Shown here piece by piece: positions 37,491-40,739 of a stretch of DNA of 40,739 nucleotides. The stretch comes from an uncultured Gammaproteobacteria bacterium (lineage in GTDB: Bacteria; Patescibacteriota; Patescibacteriia; Patescibacteriales; Patescibacteriaceae). Positions within the stretch are counted from its first letter, which is position 1; each line of letters starts with the position of its first letter. The translations under genes and the position numbers were made by a program. The notes under the pieces are model-generated. The model worked only from the letters and a program-made list of their open reading frames with translations, made no database searches and had not been told where the DNA came from. The DNA is taken from NCBI GenBank assembly GCA_964451345.1, contig CAYVHQ010000004.1:1-40739 (forward strand). The letters are read 5' to 3'.

Positions 37491-38621
37491 ATGAAACGGC
37501 ATTGGAAAATAGCCGCTTGGCTCATAAGCTTCCTAGTCATCGCTGCCATATTAGTGCTGGCATCGGGTTTTTTTGCCGTTCGCTTTGGCTGGACTAAAGT
37601 TGAAGGTGAAAGCGACCCTAACTCCGCTCTCTATAATGCCGAAGCGGCTGCTGTACCCGATACCGCTCCTGAGGTAGCCATGCCATCCCTCCCGCGCAAT
37701 ACCTCCATCTACGGCGAGAATGAAGGGGCGGCCTGGTGTAAAATAGCCTTAGCCGCCGATCTTAGTCCCTATAACGCCTCATCTATTTTACGCGCCTTCC
37801 GGACGACGCGTTCCGAAACCCTCTTGCGACGAATGTTATTAGCTCTCAGCTTTCGCAGCGGCAATCAGTCTGCCTTTTTAAAAAAACTTGCTGACTGCGA
37901 AAAACCCGGAGCCGTCGCGCCCAGCCTGGCCGCCCTCAGTGAACGGCTTGCCTCGCCGCAAGGAGCCAATCTGTATTCCTGGCAAAATTATGAACCCTGG
38001 AGCATCATCCGCCGCGGCCTCCTTAAGGACAAACCCGCTATCGAACGAGCCGCGGCAGCCGCCGGCGTGCAACCTAGACTGCTTGTCTCAGTCGTTATCG
38101 TGGAACAACTGCGCCTCTACTACACGCAGCGCGAATTATTTGAAAAGATTTTCAAGCCGCTGGAAATACTCGCCAACGCCAATAAAATGGCCTGGGGCGT
38201 AATGTCGATAAAAGAGAAGATGGCCATGGAAACGGAGAGTCATCTGCATGACAGCCGTTCTCCTTATTATTTAGGGAATAAGGCTTCAGGTCTGCTTGAT
38301 TTTCCGGCCGGCAGCGATAAAAGCCGGGAACGCTATCATCGCCTGACGGACGAACGTGATCATTATTATTCATATCTCTACGGCGCGCTCATACTACGGC
38401 AGTTTGAATCGCAATGGGAAAAGGCCGGCTACTCGATTAGCTATCGGCCGGAAGTTGTCGCGACGCTCTTTAACATCGGCTTCAACAATTCACATCCCAA
38501 AAAGGATCCGGCCGTCGGCGGATCAACCATCCATATTAACGGCGAAAAATATTTTTTCGGATCGCTCGCCTATGAATTCTATTATTCAGGGGACTTAATC
38601 GAAGAATTTCCTTTTAAGTAA
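37491..38621 (+). CDS. Membrane-anchored protein with lysozyme/SLT-like C-terminal domain
   Basis: IERAAAAAGVQPRLLVSVVIVEQ...WGVMSI...TLFNIG. Confidence 0.6.
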   Translation: MKRHWKIAAWLISFLVIAAILVLASGFFAVRFGWTKVEGESDPNSALYNAEAAAVPDTAPEVAMPSLPRNTSIYGENEGAAWCKIALAADLSPYNASSILRAFRTTRSETLLRRMLLALSFRSGNQSAFLKKLADCEKPGAVAPSLAALSERLASPQGANLYSWQNYEPWSIIRRGLLKDKPAIERAAAAAGVQPRLLVSVVIVEQLRLYYTQRELFEKIFKPLEILANANKMAWGVMSIKEKMAMETESHLHDSRSPYYLGNKASGLLDFPAGSDKSRERYHRLTDERDHYYSYLYGALILRQFESQWEKAGYSISYRPEVVATLFNIGFNNSHPKKDPAVGGSTIHINGEKYFFGSLAYEFYYSGDLIEEFPFK

Positions 38622-38668
38622 AAAAAATCCCTCGCCACATATGCAGCGAGGTTTATTATGTAAAAATT

Positions 38669-39199
38669 CTAACCAGCCTTGGTGACCGGCACAGACAGAA
38701 AGTTCATTCCATCCTCATCGTCACTAACATTTGTGACAGTAGATAGATTGTCAATCCATTCAAATATTTCATTCTCTGCCACTTCCCATTCATTCGCCTT
38801 TTCACGGACCTTATTTAGCATCTCGGGAAACATACCCACTTTAACCGCTTTATCAGCCGCACGAACAAAGCCATACTGAACAAGCTTATCAAACCTTTCG
38901 TATTCCATGCCATATTTTCTAAAACACTGCCATAACTTGCGCAATGAGTCAGGGTTGGCATTGCCAATCATTTCCTGAGAAACAAAATAAGCAGCAATAT
39001 CCTCGATTCCAACAGGCTGTCTCGCCAGATCGGTTATTGTCTCAAGGATTGGCAGCGTAAGCCCTGTTAGAAAGAGTCCGCGAAAGACCGGGTGCTTATA
39101 ATGTAGAAGCTGTCCCTCAAAAAGAATACTATCGTTTCTCTTACCAGGTACTTGGTTATTGTGTACAACTTCGTGTTTTACGGTGTCTTTTTCTTGCAT
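38669..39199 (-). CDS. Hypothetical protein, AT-richer than its neighbours
   Basis: Own TTGACT-17-TATTTT promoter and downstream hairpin; opposite strand to the flanking genes. Confidence 0.7.
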   Translation of the reverse strand: MQEKDTVKHEVVHNNQVPGKRNDSILFEGQLLHYKHPVFRGLFLTGLTLPILETITDLARQPVGIEDIAAYFVSQEMIGNANPDSLRKLWQCFRKYGMEYERFDKLVQYGFVRAADKAVKVGMFPEMLNKVREKANEWEVAENEIFEWIDNLSTVTNVSDDEDGMNFLSVPVTKAG

Positions 39200-39375
39200 T
39201 ATTATAATTTTTTTAAATGTTCTTGTATCTCCCTGCAAAATAACACATAATTAACAAAAAGTCAATGATAAGCCCATGCCCCTTCACACAGACTAGGTAT
39301 CTTTGAGAAACCTCCCACTATTAGCGTCATCGGCAAAGTGCTATTATTAAGGGACTATTAATCACATACATTCCT

Positions 39376-40080
39376 ATGTCGCACCTCCTCCATCGCCGTC
39401 ATCATCTTGCCTGGGCCCTTGTACTCGTTGTCGTTCTTGTACTCGGCAGCATCTACCATTATTCCGTTACCGCCCGTCTTGAGAAACGCATTGCCGCCCT
39501 GGAAAACACTACGCCTTCCGTCTCAACTCCATCCCCAGAAAAGACGCCGGCAACGCAGCCGGAGGCGCCGGTTGCTTCCGCTGACGACAACTACACAAAC
39601 ACTAATTTCGGCTACAGCCTGACATATCCGGCAAGCCTTCAGCTAAAAGCCTATAATCCGGAGAATGCCACTATTGGCCTGATTAGCGGCAGCGGTGATA
39701 CGGAAACCGTTGACGGTAAAGTTGCCCTGCGTGCCATGAGTGCCGCCAATGCCACTGAAAAGAAAATGGGGATGGATGACTTTATTTTTCAGAAAGTGAA
39801 ACTGTTGTGCGATGCCGATGGCGGCGGCGTATCAGTCAGCTGTCCAAAAAAACTCTCCAGCAAACCATTGGCGCTCACGTCCAGTCTCTCCGCATACACT
39901 CTCACTCTTCAGAAAGAAGAGAAGGCGATTGGTCCGGAAGCTTTTAATACAAAGAGCGAAGCCGTCTTCTTTGTCGTCGATCTCAGCACCGCCAACCAAC
40001 GCGCCATTCTAGTGATCCACCCGATTGGCGACGGAACGGTCGAACAGTCTCGCAGCGTCGCCCTGACCGTCAAGCGCTAA
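39376..40080 (+). CDS. Membrane-anchored surface protein (PsbP-like motif)
   Basis: TM helix, Pro/Thr linker, YTNTNFGYSLTYP. Confidence 0.75.
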   Translation: MSHLLHRRHHLAWALVLVVVLVLGSIYHYSVTARLEKRIAALENTTPSVSTPSPEKTPATQPEAPVASADDNYTNTNFGYSLTYPASLQLKAYNPENATIGLISGSGDTETVDGKVALRAMSAANATEKKMGMDDFIFQKVKLLCDADGGGVSVSCPKKLSSKPLALTSSLSAYTLTLQKEEKAIGPEAFNTKSEAVFFVVDLSTANQRAILVIHPIGDGTVEQSRSVALTVKR

Positions 40081-40095
40081 CATCCCTCTTCGGCT

Positions 40096-40739
40096 ATGAC
40101 TGCCGCCAAACTTTCTCAAGAAGTTAAACACTTATCCAATAAAACGCGCGCCGCCAACTGCGCGCGCTATTTCAAGACCGGGCCAGGCCAATACGGTGAA
40201 GGTGATATCTTTGCTGGCCTGACCGTGCCGATGTGCCGGGAAATCGCTAAAGATTTTCTTTCATTGCCGCTGACCGAGATTAAAAAACTTCTAGACTCAC
40301 AAATTCATGAGGAGCGCCTAATCGCCCTCCTCATTCTCGTCGCCCGCTTCAAAAAAGCGGCGCCAGCAGAACAGAAACAAATTTTCAATTTTTACTTAAA
40401 GCAAACGGCGCGTATTAACAACTGGGATCTCGTCGATTTATCAGCTCATAAAATCGTCGGCGAATATCTCTATCTTTCCGGCCAACCGCTTACGTTACTC
40501 GACAAACTGGTTCTCTCTAAGAATCTCTGGGAACGGCGTATCGCCGTTCTCGCCACCTTCGCCTTCATTAATCACGGCGATGGCCGACCGGCCCTGCGCC
40601 TGGCTAAAGCATTATTGAACGATACACACGATCTCATGCACAAGGCGGTCGGCTGGATGCTGCGTGAGCTCGGCAAACGGGTTTCCGAAAAAGACCTGCT
40701 TGGCTTTCTGGATATGTACGCCGCCACGATGCCTCGAAC
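40096..40739 (+). CDS. DNA alkylation repair protein (AlkD-like), runs off window
   Basis: YFKTGPGQYGEGDIF.G.TVP, IHEERL, INNWDLVD, LWERR, HDLMHKAVGWMLRE. Confidence 0.93.
   Translation, partial: MTAAKLSQEVKHLSNKTRAANCARYFKTGPGQYGEGDIFAGLTVPMCREIAKDFLSLPLTEIKKLLDSQIHEERLIALLILVARFKKAAPAEQKQIFNFYLKQTARINNWDLVDLSAHKIVGEYLYLSGQPLTLLDKLVLSKNLWERRIAVLATFAFINHGDGRPALRLAKALLNDTHDLMHKAVGWMLRELGKRVSEKDLLGFLDMYAATMPR

Overview
Bacterial chromosomal segment that looks like Patescibacteria/CPR (Parcubacteria-like). This is inferred from the short AlaRS, the rpsO-NYN-pnp order and several CPR-type hypothetical families. Left (1-5.97 kb): GC-richer core genes (AI-2E transporter, pnp, NYN protein, rpsO, Xer-type recombinase, tRNA-Arg(TCT), methyltransferase, tRNA-His(GTG)). 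Middle (5.97-21.9 kb): a visibly AT-richer accessory tract built of roughly 0.5-4 kb units carrying 1-2 genes, occasionally more, mostly with their own promoters. The units are separated by a same-orientation 33-bp repeat, GTCCAAAG(T/C)CCTGAACA(C/T)CTCACACAATTCACC (6 clear copies plus degenerate junctions). The repeat ends in the CACC(CA) also found at the tRNA-His 3' end and is usually followed by a hairpin related to the tRNA-His terminator. This looks like a tRNA-anchored array of integrase-less gene cassettes, and the bottom strand of the repeat appears to be under coding constraint (GELCEVFRTLD). Right (22-40.7 kb): alaS, surface/secreted and metabolic genes, pyrD, and a compact NrdR-boxed B12 module (ECF-S component, class II RNR, PduO), then ArsR, a GxGD-like protease, an SLT-like protein and AlkD. 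All calls come from reading motifs by eye; no searches were run.
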